From: Calcarisporiella thermophila CBS 279.70
Taxonomy: Eukaryota; Fungi; Calcarisporiellomycota
Direction of reading: 5' to 3'
DNA length: 50,516 bases
NCBI RefSeq assembly: GCF_041956535.1
Contig: NW_027192206.1
Location: forward strand, 664,670 to 715,185
Shown here one piece after another: positions 22,399 through 35,595 of the stretch; position 1 is the stretch's first letter; every line of letters begins with the position of its first letter. Both the position numbers and the translations under genes were made by a program. Below the pieces are notes generated by a model, which made no database searches, had not been told where the DNA came from, and saw only the letters and a list, made by a program, of their open reading frames with translations.

Positions 22399-24971
22399 TC
22401 AATTCAAGTGCCCAACCAAATGTTGGTCATCAAACATCATGCTATTTGAGCCAGTAGTGAAAGCATTGACATCTTGTAACATCGTGAGAGGGCTATGCGA
22501 TGTGGGTGAAGCGGAGCGAGGAGATTGATATAACGTATCCTCAGACAAGAGGTTATATAATAAGGACTGAATATTCATACCAGTGAGTGTGTCCGGTATC
22601 GGATCTATGGATTTTGATTTTTCAACGAAATATATATCCGTCTGTGGGATTAAGGAGTACACATCGTTTTTTTTCTCCAACTGTAGTGATATGGAAGCAG
22701 AGGTTGGTGTTGTGTTCGCTGATTTGTTCATCTCCATGCCGGAACAATAAGTATGACAAGGTCCTGACTCCCCAGGCATTGGGAAAAGTGTCATCCTATT
22801 TTGTTGAGTTATATCGGCTTCCCGATGTGATATTTCTCCTGTTGTCAACAGGCTGATATCTATTTGGTATCTCTCCACTAACTTAGTCGATTCCTCCTGT
22901 ATACTCTGTAGTATTGAAAGAGTAGGACCTGCCATTCCCCAATATTGTTTCATACGCTCCAATAATATATACGCGCGGGCTAACGATTCTCGACATTTTG
23001 CTGACACTTTAGGATCAGAGTTATCCACAAGCTGTATATAGACAGTGCCTGCCACATACACACAGCTGGCGGCATAATTGGTAATTCCATATAATTGTTC
23101 TATGCTCAGTCCCCACAGTAAATCCATGATCGTATTAGCAGCGCGAATGCAATTTTCAGTTGAAGCGTTTGCCAGCGAACTAAGTGAAAGTTTTTCTTCC
23201 CCGGTAATGCGTGAATACCTTCGATATAGTAAAATGATTATCATACAATAAAGTGAATGCATCAGCACAAAACGCTCATTTTTCCTCTCCAATTCTATTT
23301 TGTAACTCTGTTCATTGAGTTGAAGATGCTCTGGTAGAGATCGTTGCCATGACGAAATTAATGTATGCAGTTTTGTCAATTCGATGAGATGAGTGTGCGA
23401 ATTGACGGGAAGATCGCGCCTAACAAATTTCATCACCCGACCAAGAAGTGCAAAAATTCGAACAAGTTGCGCCAAAGAATTCATATCTGCTGTGCCTAAT
23501 TGTGGCGGGGAAATGCCTTGCTTATTTATGTATAAATTTTCGGTAAGAGTTGGTTGTTCCAGTTCGTAATTCTTGTCATCTGTTGGAAGTTGCACATTAC
23601 AGTCTCGATCATCGATAGTCTGTATACGTCCTGTAGCAGCGGAACAAATCCGATCCATTAAGAAACATGCCCAAAAACACCTCCGGCGTGTTTCCTTTTC
23701 AATCCAATTGGATTTGTAGGAGATAGGCTCATCTACATGCCATTGCTCGCGATTCATACCAAGCTCTTGCACCATTCTATTAATTTAATTATATTAAAAT
23801 TTATAATTGGCAGATTTTTACAAACCGAATATTTACCTTATTGCCATTCCTAGCCACAACCAGGATCGGAAACCTTTAGCACATCCAAGATCATCGACTA
23901 CAATGATCAACATAGCCTGCACAGCAGATAATGTCGGTCGATCCCAGGCTCGTGAAATCAAGTCTCGTGCACGCAAAGCAAAGAGTTCTCCCGCCAGATA
24001 CTGAGAATGCGATTGTAGTTCAGGTCGCTTTGAAAAACTAGTTAATTCACAAGAATGAGATAACACTAAAAAATAAAAAAGTCAAATCATAAAGGGGCTA
24101 TTTACCGTGCAGATATTGCCAAGACGCTAAAGAGCAACATAGGTGGAATTCGATTCGTTCTCAACTCTTCCATGAAGGTTGGTCGATGAAGTATAGGCAA
24201 GGTAGGCCACATATATTTGAAAAAGTGCGTTACTAACTCCTCGACCAAATCCTGCGGTAGCTGTTCCATATTTAGGGGCGAGCGGGGAATAGAGAGTTTT
24301 GATTGTGCTAACAAGAGGCTATTCTCGGAATGGGCTGCTTCTTTAATAGCTAAGGGCGTGTCATTTATCTCTGTTGATAGTTCTTCAGTACTCATTTCTA
24401 GTGAGGATAATGTACTCTCAAACAACAAGTGATTCGCTTCGATACTATCTGATATAATGTCAAAGCTTATTGAATCGTATTCGCTCCCAAATGTATTGTT
24501 ATTATGGCAAGCTTCTGAATTGTAATTTCCAGTACTCTGGTTCGTTTGAATATTCACCCTGTTGGTGTTGTATTCGATCGATGATTGCGGAATCAACATA
24601 TCTTCTGTTAAGAAGTTTTCAGGTCTTGTCGAGAAGTTCGGCTCAATTGCGACCTCTGGCAATTGATTTTGGCGGGTATACTCATTAACAGCGATCAACT
24701 GCTTGTTAGAAGTCTGGTACTTTTTCAACAGATTTTCCATTCGTTCCAAGCGCTTCACGAGCTTATCAATAGAATCATTACGTGAGCCGCGTTTTTTGTT
24801 GGTCTGGTTATACACACAATCAATTCAAGAGTATAGACAACTGCTGCATTGTGGTCTTCCGCCATCGCATTTTATTTTCTTTCTTCGACATGAATCGCAC
24901 GCCACCGCAAGGCGCCCTCGTTTTTTTGTACCCTTAGCACGATCTTTAGTTATGGTGGGATTTGCGTTCAT
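22399..24971 (-). pseudogene. Zn(II)2Cys6 + fungal MHR transcription factor (814 codons) with one in-frame TGA
   Basis: [30 protein letters not shown], with the stop at 24825-24827. Introns 24038-24105 and 23777-23836. MHR motifs LPILHRPTF and ETRRRCFWACFLMDR. Confidence 0.85.
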
Positions 24972-25993
24972 TTAATGTCTAAGCCGTACTACATGATGAT
25001 GAACGATAAAAAAAATGGACAGTGCAATCACTTCAAAATAAAGCAATGAATTTCTCGCTTTAAAAGAGCCAAAGGATTAGGATAAATGTTGAGATAATGA
25101 AACGGGGATATTGACCTTGATACAATTGAACTGCCCTCTATAAGCTCCATAACCCAGGTTTTGCCGAGATTTTGTGACTGAAAAATGAGATTTATTATTA
25201 ATATTTAAATACTATTACTAATTAAATGGATCAATATTTGAATATTAAAGGTTAAAATCTCTATTTCTTAATCAAATTGAACATATAGTTTTGTGAATTA
25301 GGCTTCAAACACATACCCACGTGAAAAGGAAATCTAGGAGGAAGAAAATAAATAAATACCTGCCCAAAAGTGCATTCAAAAAATTCTCTCGACAACGATA
25401 TAAGTTTTGGATTTTGCGACTTGTTGAAGTGCAATTGAGCTGCAAGTATCAATCAAATGGTTAAGTGCGTTCCTAGCTTAGTTTACTAACTATTTTTACT
25501 TTCATTTAAAATCTCACAATAATAAACTCTGTATTGAATTTATCGCATCACTCGCAAGATTTTCCGTTTTATTATACAAGTCATTGTGTAAGTAGGGATA
25601 ATATTAATTTTTTCACGTCAATTATACAAAAATGAGTAAGGAAAGATTATCATTAACTCATAATATGATGCATATTGTCTGTGATGATTTCCCTAGGTGC
25701 TAATGCAATTTGTTGAATACAACATTCACTGATTTCGAGAGAAGTCATTTTTTTAATTTATTGTTTCTCCTCGCAAGGCTAAAGTTACAATCAAATTAAT
25801 ACTTTATGCTACCGTGAAGCAGCACCGTATACATGAATGAAATTGAAAGTGTTAGAATAATGGATATCATATCATAATTTCTTGAACAATTATGGCTCAT
25901 TTAAGTTCACCTTAGAATTTCATAATTAAATATTGGATATATATGTACAGGAAATGGCTGAACATTATGTAAGTAACAAAATAGTTACTTATC

Positions 25994-26886
25994 CTACATT
26001 TCAAAGGGCCCAGTCAGGCGTATATTTGAACTTGGAGCTCTGACAAATTTTATAGCGGTTTTTTGTGTTATAATACCATGCGATTTGGGTCTGGTAGTCT
26101 TAGGTGCTTGATTTTCGGTTGATTCATGGTCAAGTGCGTTGAATAATGAGAGCCTTATCACAGAAATGGCTAAGTTGATGCCTTTGAATTCAAAGGCAAG
26201 AGACTAATAAGACATAGGTATTAGAATTAAACACCTAGCCCTACGCTCATTAAAATATCTCACTTGTCCGATGGAAAAAATTTGATCATAAAACTTCTAA
26301 TAAATAATAAGAGATGAAAGGTTGAAGATTGAAATCCATATAAATTTACATGAGAAATAGCGTATCAGATTATACCGAGCAGAATGCCTGAGCTAATTCC
26401 TTCGTATCAAATGGATCCATAGTCGTGGAGTTTCTAGCCAGAAAACCCACTTCTAATTCCATATTACCAATATAAATAGCATCGTTTTCAGAGAGAGGAT
26501 CGTATGTTTGCACCGATATTTCCTGCATAAGTGAGACGCCTGCCCATTTCCTATGTGGGTTGGAAAACGCCAAAGTTCCAGGCTGTATTTGCTCATTCGG
26601 GCTTTTTCAAGAAATAAAGAAATTTCTAAATTATTTACAATAAAGTTGTTGAACCTATTGACATTTACCAAATTGTGAAAATATACTGTTCATCCACTAC
26701 TATATATTGAACCCTGCGATCAAAATCGCTTGGTGCCACATAAACATAATTTGAGAGTGCCATTGAGTTACTAGGAGATTTGCGTACTTGCATCAGAATT
26801 TCTTTGGGAGGTAGCGACAGATTATGCTTGAAATGACCGTTAGTAGATGTGGTGTTATGAAAGTTCGATCGTTGACTATTCTCCAT
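25994..26886 (-). CDS. SEC18/NSF paralog encoding only the N-terminal domain (228 aa, 4 exons)
   Basis: KSPSNSMALSNYVYVAPSDF, NPHRKWAGVSL, ELEVGF, FYDQIFSIGQ, GIITQKTAIKF. Introns 26602-26668, 26297-26375 and 26204-26263 keep frame. A TAG follows and no AAA D1/D2 domain is recognisable downstream. Confidence 0.75.
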
Positions 26887-27579
26887 TTCGTAATTTGTTT
26901 ATATGGTTCTCGATTATTATATGACCACGTATTTGAATCAAAATTCTGAGGAATTGCCAAGGTTGCTGCGCACAAAGTGTAGGCTTGACGCTTGGCTTTT
27001 TGAATAATAATTTAGAAATACTAATGATTGTGTGGCCGCTTGTGGCTCGTTCATTTGTATAGAGGGTTACTGCTTCAGGTCGCACAACAGAATTTATAAT
27101 TAAATAAACATATTGAATATAAGACAATTCCTTATTTCTACTCGCTCCATTTAACTTCATTTTTATCTTCACTCTTCTACCCATACCCAAAATAAACCCA
27201 CTAACATTTTCAATTGAAAGGAGGCATTATAAAAATGTTGCATGCTACTACAGCTATAAACAAATTCCTAGTAGATGTTGGAGAAATGCGTATATCTCTC
27301 ACTAATCGAATTTCCTGCTTTAATGCAGGAATAGCGTGATACCGAACTCTAGAAATTGGACCATTTTAGAATAAAAATCACCAAGAATGCACATATTAAC
27401 TCTCAATTATTGCACTTTGCAGCTTTGAATCGACCGCTATCCCCCGTAAAGTCAAGGTAATATTTGCTCTATCTTATCTACAACGACCTCTATCGATAGA
27501 GCAAAGTGTTGCTGCCATCCTTTTCTCTATGTTATCCTTTCTATTCAATTCCAACTTATGTCTCAAATTCAATTCCAAA

Positions 27580-29316
27580 ATGTACTGGAGTATATATCTA
27601 ATTGCCTTGCGCCTCTGGGTTTTCCTGGTGCTAGCAGACACAATTTCAAAAAGGGGTTTGGCAAAACAAATCCCAATTTCAACTCACGATCGCATTTATG
27701 TTGAAGAACCAGATATCTTAACTAAGCAATCGGTGGACGATATACTCAGTATTGATAATAACTCAATGTAATTGAAGACATTTTTTGCGTCATTTAATCA
27801 TCTTTTATCATTAATTTTTAATCATTTTCGATAACAGCTACTCCTGGGATCGACTCGCAGAAATGACTGATCTATATGGCAGTAGAATTATCGGCTCACC
27901 ATCACTGGAAAAATCCATTGATTGGATAATTACTATTGCATCAAAGATTGATGGACTCACGGTGCGTACTGAGCCCGTTGATGTGTTCTACTGGAAACGT
28001 GGAGAAGAAGCCTTGCAGCTTCTTGCCCCTACAACGCGCAATATTAATTATGGCGGTGGGGATACACCAATTTCTCTTCCTGTAATCGGGCTCGGGAACT
28101 CATCAAGCACGGACAAAGAAGGTGTGGAAGGAGCGTTGGTCGTTGTTGGATCATTGGAAGAGTTTAATGCAGTGGATGTTAAAGGGAAGATTGTTCTCTG
28201 GAATGTACCATTCTCAACTTATAAAGACACAGTATACTTCAGAACATGGGGTCGACCTGCAGTTGAGGCCAGAGGAGGTATCGCGATGCTGATACGAAGT
28301 ATAACCCCTTTTTCTCTCTCGACTTTGCACACAGGAGCTACTCGTCATGCGAATATACCTGCTGCGGCAATTACTGTTGAAACTGCAGAGTTTCTTCATC
28401 GTATTTACAAGCGTTATGTAAATCGTGCAAATAACACCTCCATATACGCAAATGAATTTGTAGAACCTCGAGTTCGCCTTAAATTGATGAACACTCGCGA
28501 GCCCACAAAGAGCCGTAATGTTTTGATAGAATGGAGAGGACGAGAGTTGCCAGATGAAGTCGTCGTCGTAGGCGGACATATCGATTCTTGGGATGTTGGT
28601 ACTGGCGCAATGGATAATGCTGGAGGTGCCATTACAGCGTGGGAGGCAGTTAGACTAATCAGTCTATTGAAGCAGCCTCCTAAAAGAACAGGTACTGTAA
28701 ATTAATTGCACTGTTTAAAGAGTTGCCCGTTTCTTTTAACAGTGCAGAGTTGGACCCCTATCTATTATATTAACAGTTTGTTCTTATTAAATATATATTA
28801 GTACGAGCCGTTTTGTGGTGTGTTGAAGAGCTAGGCCTCGCTGCAGCTTATGCATACACTGCTGCTCGAATTAAAGACAACACTCTTCAAAAGCATATAT
28901 TTGCTATCGAAACTGATACCGGTATATTCCGGCCTTTTGGCCTCTTTTTTGCAAATCCGAACCAGACTCAAGTCTTGAACAAGCTCAAAGAGTATGGACA
29001 AGTCTATGGAAGGGGATATGATGGTTTTGAGGTAGGACAAGGCGAACCTGAGTATGATATCGAACCTCTTTGCAAAAGAGGCGTCATGTGTGCATCATGG
29101 CAAAGTTATGATGGACTATATCGCGATATCGAACCTAATCCTGCTGGTAATAGAGGATACTTTTATTGGCATCATACATGGGCCGATGACCCATCTATGA
29201 TGAACGCCACCGATATGGCCAATTCTGCCAAAGCCATGGCTGCTTGGGCCTTCATTATCGCTGAAATTGGGTTACCATCTAATAGTAATATTACCTCGGA
29301 TCCATTATCACCCTAA
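27580..29316 (+). CDS. Secreted M28 peptidase, carboxypeptidase Q/PGCP-like (3 exons)
   Basis: Signal peptide, WDRLAEMTDLYGSR, PA-like insert, metal-binding motifs GGHIDSWD, DNAGG, EE, ETD and YWHH. Introns 27768-27837 and 28692-28801. Confidence 0.92.
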
Positions 29317-30247
29317 AATTTGATTTGATTATGTATCTCTCAATTATGAGATACAAAGTACTCGGAGTGGTCGTATGGAATTCCAAATGTTGTTTCTAGT
29401 GAAATGTAAAATTTAATTTGTTGGTATAGATCGCCAGGTAATGGATCAAAGACCAAATAAAGAATTGAAAATTGTGAGAATAAAAAAAAATGGGCACAGA
29501 AAAAACATAGAGCGATTTAAATTATATAGGTCTTGAGTAGTATCGTGTGAATGAGGGATAATTTTCAATATAGCCTATATAATCAACATTGCTATTGGAA
29601 TATAATTCACTGGAATTAATCTCCAGATTAATCACCAGAAGCTTCTAAGATATTTCATTTATGGTAGTAGCTTCGACCAGAAAAGGGTTTAGCTTTTCTT
29701 TTGGACTCTATTATTTAAGATCCTGTTCCTCTTTCTCAATCATAGTAGGTTTCTAATCTTTCAGCTTTAGTGTAATCTCAATATATTTTTAAATTATTAT
29801 TTAGTATTTTATTACGAGTTGTTTAGGGGAAAAATTTTAACAGCTTGCTCAGTACTTCGGTGAAGAATAAGATACTGTATTTGAAAAATCACGGATAAAG
29901 ACGCGTGAAATTTCACGTTTTTGTGCTTTCATTTATAATGGCTCATTTCGCATGGATATGCATCATATAGCCTCTATTCACGGAAAGTTAAACTGCTAGA
30001 CTTTGTTATTAATAGTAGGGATTTACAGAGGTACGCGCTATTTGGAAATATATTTAGAAATTGTCGGAGTTCAATTAGCTCGTTGAAAATTTTTATTAGG
30101 TTGTGGCTTTGACGGCTTTTTCATTAGCTATTTTTTTACTGAATCCCTACTTTATTGCTATGGGGACTTTCAGGTCATGCAATTAAATTCTAGGTATAAG
30201 TAATCTGCCCTGCTATAACATTGAAATTGTTTATTTCATTTTACACG

Positions 30248-31694
30248 ATGAGTTCATCCCACTCATCCTATACTCATGGAAATATACACGCCAAGGATGG
30301 TGCATTCGTCAATTCTGGTATAATGAAGTTTCACGATTGTGAGAATGTTTATATGGGTAAGAGTTCTCGGATTTAAATAAAACTCATAACTTCTTTCATA
30401 TCATCGTTCTGGGATGTACTAGCGGGGTCCAATTCTTCCAAAGCAAAGGAGAGAAATAGTCAACTGGAAAATTCTAAAAAAGAGCGAGTGAATGTTCTTA
30501 GCATAGACGGCGGCGGTGTTCGTGGTATTGTTCCCATTACGGTTCTTGAAAATCTATATGAATTAACCGGAAAAGAGGTATAATTTTTGCTTCATAGGTT
30601 TTCCTGACTAATACAAAAAAATTAAATTCTGATTATTATTTTAGCCTTATCAGTTATTCGACTTGATATGCGGCACGAGCACCGGTGGAATACTGGCAAT
30701 TATGCTAGGTATTTTAAAAGTTCCTATCAAAGACTGCCGTACTATATACGAAGAACTTTCCAAGGAAGTGTTCGAGCGTTATGCCATTAAGAGAGCTATC
30801 AACTTTTTCTCATCTGGTGGTGTACGTCATAATGGTGATAATTTGGAAAGTTGCGCAAAAAGAATAATTCAACAGTATACTGGCGACGAAAACATCCAAA
30901 TGTCACAAGTACGCAATGCTATTAAGGTAAATTCAGCCGACTTATAATCATTTACCAAATTCATATAAAATGGGTATAATATAAGTGATATTTGTGGCCC
31001 GGTTCTATAATATTTGCAGGTGTTCGTAGTGGCAAATCAAGGAGAAAACCAATGTCTCGCCAACAAGAGGCTGTTTCGGAACTATAGTGTGTTTGATCCG
31101 GCTAAAGGGCCTGACTGTGCTGTGTGGCAAGCCATTCGAGCAACCTCAGCTGCACCTACTTTCTTCAAAGAAATCATTATAGGTACGTTGGTGACGATAT
31201 TGGATGCTGATTTTTAAAAATAATTTATAATCCTATGATCTTTCTATTTAGATGGAATCAAATATTTTGATGGAGGAATAGGCGCAAACAATCCATCCGA
31301 GATCGCCTTAGCAGAAACTGAAAAAATCTGGCCAGAGGCAAAAGTCAACTGTTTATTATCTCTAGGAACAGGAACAGCTCCCATCTCAGCCATAAATGCT
31401 GGGATCTATGGAATATCAAAATTGAAAACGTGGCTTCTGGATACGGCAACCGATTGTAAGGAGGTGGATATTAGGCTCAGACAATCTGGCCATCGATCAC
31501 TATCAAATTCTATAGACGAAAGTTATTTTCGTTTCGAGCTTGAAGCTGGAGCTGGAATTGGCGGGATGGACGATACAGCTATAATAAGAAATTTGAGGAT
31601 AGCTACTGGCGACTATCTCGCTCACCCAGCCCAGATGAAGTCTTTGGAAAATCTTAAAGTTCGGTTGAGTAAAACACCAGCTTCTATAATTTAA
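30248..31694 (+). CDS. Patatin-like phospholipase (383 aa, 5 exons) with an N-terminal amyloid-like extension
   Basis: DGGGVRG, GTSTG, RATSAAPTFF and DGG. Introns 30357-30422, 30578-30644, 30927-31019 and 31183-31251 give an intact frame. Confidence 0.92.
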
Positions 31695-32295
31695 CATCAT
31701 ATATTTGCATCAAATAGTTATCAACTTAACCGAATTCAAATATTTGATTCTTATTTATATTCAATAGATTCTAAATTCTCTACTAAAACTTAAGTGAAAA
31801 AAATAAATAAATAAAAAAGATTTCTTAGCCAAATAAATTAATGTAACTAGGGAGACTCAGTACTCCTCTTGGGTGAGAGCTCAAAGGGAATGAAGCTGAA
31901 TCCCTATCTACCACCCCCATATGAACAAGAGGCACAAATCCAGGATGCAATCAAAGGCTGAGGAGCAGAATAAGGAGTAGATTTTTTATTTTGTTTTGAA
32001 TTTACCACTACAGTGTATCGTTTACTTTGCATCAAAAGCAACCTAAGAAACTTATATTCTATATATATTTCATCTGTTTTTTTTTATTAGGCACCATGTA
32101 GTCTAATTCTGTATTAGCAGTTGTCCAGAGGAAAAATTTTATTTCAGTTAATTTTGTATATAGATTTTTATTTATAAAAATAGGAGCGATGAATTCCAAA
32201 AATATCAAATTAAAGCGTTTCAAAATAAATTAATAGAAGAAGTATGCATTATAACCTGTCATGCTAATAGTAACTCGTGCTAACAACCTCATAAA

Positions 32296-33087
32296 TCAAC
32301 TTTCTTGCCCTTTCAATATCCAGTTGCTCGTAGCCTCTCCAAACTTTCTTGCCCATTCGCTATCGCTTGCTAACTGCTTAACTGGATCTTTAACCGGAAC
32401 ATCCAAGCCTCGCTGCACCGCTGGACGCGATTCAATACGCTCGATCCAGGCCTTGAGATTAGGGAGGCCATCAATCGTAACTCCGGCCCAATGGTGAGCA
32501 CGAATCCTAAAATGAAAAGGAATTTACTTAGAGCCTATTGAATATACCTGAAGTCAATAAAATACCAACCACGAGTAATTTGCAATATCTGCCAAAGTAA
32601 ACTGTTCTCCAGCAAGCCATTGCCTCCCCTGTGAAAGATGTTTTTCAATCACTTCGTATAATCGCCTAGTTTCGTCTTGATATCTCTTAATTCCATACTC
32701 GATTTTCTCGGGAGAATATCTATAAAAGTAGGTGGCTTGGCCTTGCATTGGACCTATGCCTCCCATTTGAAACATAAGCCATTGCAGGACCTCCGAACGG
32801 GCATTCGGATCTTTAGGGTAAAGTTTTCCGGCGGGGTCATAATGCTCACATAGATAAACCATAATGGCACCCGACTCGAATACATTGAAATTGCCTCTCG
32901 AGTGATCAGTAAGTGCCGGGATACGCCCATTCGGATTTATCTTTGTAAACCACTCGGACTTTTGCTCTTTTTCAGCAAAGGAGATTGGCTTTACAATGTA
33001 AGGCAGATCGAGCTCCTCGAGAGTGATGGATGCTTTGTGGCCGTTGGGGGTCCCCGCAGTATAAAGAGTCAGGTTTGGAGTGGCCAT
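32296..33087 (-). CDS. Glutathione S-transferase, Ure2p/YfcG-like (2 exons)
   Basis: [38 protein letters not shown]. Intron 32507-32569. Confidence 0.93.
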
Positions 33088-34099
33088 GGTGTGCTTGCTA
33101 AACTTATTGATTCGATGTTTAGGTTTGGATGTGCTCATGTGTCTTCATCTTAGCCGCATATTATATACTGTGCAATCTATTTGTCAGCTCTGTGATGTGA
33201 AACCTGCGATCCATTAACGGTGGCAAATTTAGGGGATTGAATGGAGATTTAACTGGACAGGTTTCAAATTAGGGAGGGCTTACTTAATCAAGGGTCATTT
33301 GTAATCCTTTCAGTTTACTTGAAGCAGTCGATTTGGCATCCGTGTACATAGGAATTACTAATTATGCAAGTATTGCTAAAAGGAGAAAAATTAATTTGCA
33401 TTCGATTAAGAAATAAACTAAATGCTGTACAAAACTGAGGCTACGGCAACTCATTGTTTATGCACTCTGGATTTTGAGATCCATTATCTCCTACTCTTGT
33501 GTGGTATCCTTTCAGTGATTTCTCGATGAATCGGTGAATGTGAGCACGCCTTGTGGCTTCTATTATGTTATGACATCAGCTTTTATCGATTTCTTTTATA
33601 TTCATGTCTGTCTTTTTTCTCTCTTAATACAGCATGTCTTCTCGTAACAAGTACCAAATGAAATGGTGGGGAGCTAAATTCACTCGATCAACTAAATAAT
33701 TCTCGACTAACAAAGAAGTCTCATGTTAATACTACTTCATTTCACATTTCACATTACTCATCGTTGCATGATTCAAAAATATAGTTTAGTGCACTGCTAA
33801 ATTAGCCATAGAATGCGTCCGGGAACTTTTCTCCGCGATGTGTTAGCCGCTTACGCCGTATAATGAATCTAGAATAGAACCCCTAAAAAATTTAGACCAT
33901 GCTTTCGAAGTATTGAGGCAGAATAGTCAGAATATTGAAATTATAAAAACAATTCGGATGGGCAACTGATTTTCTAGAATATAACACTAGCGAGAGTGTG
34001 CAAACTAAGCTCAATAATGAGTGTCCGAATGAAGTATGACAATCAAATAAACATTGCTCTGCTGTACTGGCACAAGAGTATTGCTCAGGGCAAAATACC

Positions 34100-34822
34100 C
34101 ATTTAATGGAAGGGTTGTTTCTGGCAGAGGATCCAAACGATCGCTTTATTTGGATCCCAGTATCTACACGATTAGAGAAAAGGGCATCACATGTCGCCGC
34201 AACATATCAGAATAGCTTCTACAGTCCTTATACTTTTTTGAGTTTCAGAAGATTCAACTATTGAATATCTCAACAGGTTCCTGGAGTTCGGCCCATCGAA
34301 AAATGAGTAACCGCACCGAAACTTCACCCATCGAGCCACAAAGTTAGCGTCGTATCGCTCATGACAGACACAAATGGAGATGACAATTCCTAGGACCAGA
34401 AATGTGTCACAACACTATCCGTGTAGACACGGGGGCGGCTGGAATTGCCTACACTATCATCAGGCCATGCGCCCACAGGACGGCGTAAATAAAATAGGAC
34501 ATCAGCGTGCTCCAATTGCGCACATTTTGGGGCATGGAAGCACTGGATGGAGAGCCGTGATTCAGTACATAGCCACGGTCATCATCATGTGAATTTATAT
34601 CCAATGCCCTTACAAGTGTTCATGGTCTTCCATGTGACGGCCCATTACTGTGGTACCGGGGCTGTTATCGATTCACCTTCTCCCGCACCCCTAGAGCTTG
34701 AAATATCAAAAATACCTGCTTTTTTCCTTGAGGACAATCCAGCAAATCCCAGCCAGCCAGAACCCGCATGGAATGAGACGGCAGGATTTGAAATTGCAGA
34801 GGAAATATGGAAAAATAAGTAA
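34100..34822 (+). pseudogene. Diverged homolog (copy C) of the unknown family at 14247-17483
   Basis: Collinear matches to copies A/B: DPNDRFIWIPV ~ DPHHRYVPDPV, PCRHGGGWNCLHY ~ PCKHGGGMTALHY, ILGHGSTGW ~ IIAHDNLLW, CGTGAVIDSP ~ CGIIIDPP. Frameshifted. Confidence 0.65.
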
Positions 34823-35595
34823 ACTCGTATTCTAATATTTTCTTTGTTATTTTATTTTCTTTCTTTCTTCCTCTCGTATTCTGTTTTCCTCTCTCCTTAA
34901 AAAAAAAATAGGAAAGATATGCACACTCTCTGCACACCCCCCAACTCTTGCATGGCATTCTTGTTTTCTAATGTCTATATCCGTTATTAAGAACGAAAAA
35001 TGATACATTTTAATAAAGATCCTCCTAACAATAAAAAAGGGAAAATGGGTAAACTGGTGAGGTATGGGGTACACTAACCTAATTCTGCTAGCTTCTCCAC
35101 CATAATATAATCCAAGATAATCAAATTTATCAAAATAACAGAAAAGGCGTTAAAGCGGGAGAGAGAAGATATATATAGATACTCCTCAAAAGAACAATAT
35201 CCTTTTTTTGAAAGAAAGATGAGTTTTATTACAAAATGATGCTAAAACCGGAGATAAAATAATATAAACCCAATTTAATATATACTTTGACATAGCTTTA
35301 ATGGGCTTCTCAAAAAATTATTGATTTAAGTTGGTGCGGGGTCAAATGGTAAAAGCCAAGACTTTTTTGCTAATTATAGGTGTAACTGAGCATGTAGTTA
35401 CCTTAGGCGATATAAATGTATTATTACAAGGGATAAAGTATATTTCTTGTAGACGTCTTGTAACAAGTCAACCTTTCCTTGGTTAATATGTACTGGCGCT
35501 TATTTGTGCCACCTCAGTATAGATAGTAACTGAGAGTACGGAGTGCAATAAGACAGATTTTGTGAATGATCCTGTGACTAATATTCTAATACCCA

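Noticed and set aside
34410-34460. OTU-protease motif (PGDGxC) in HGGGWNCLHY
   Set aside because: The Cys is Ala in copies A and B and the Asp is absent; the resemblance is too weak.
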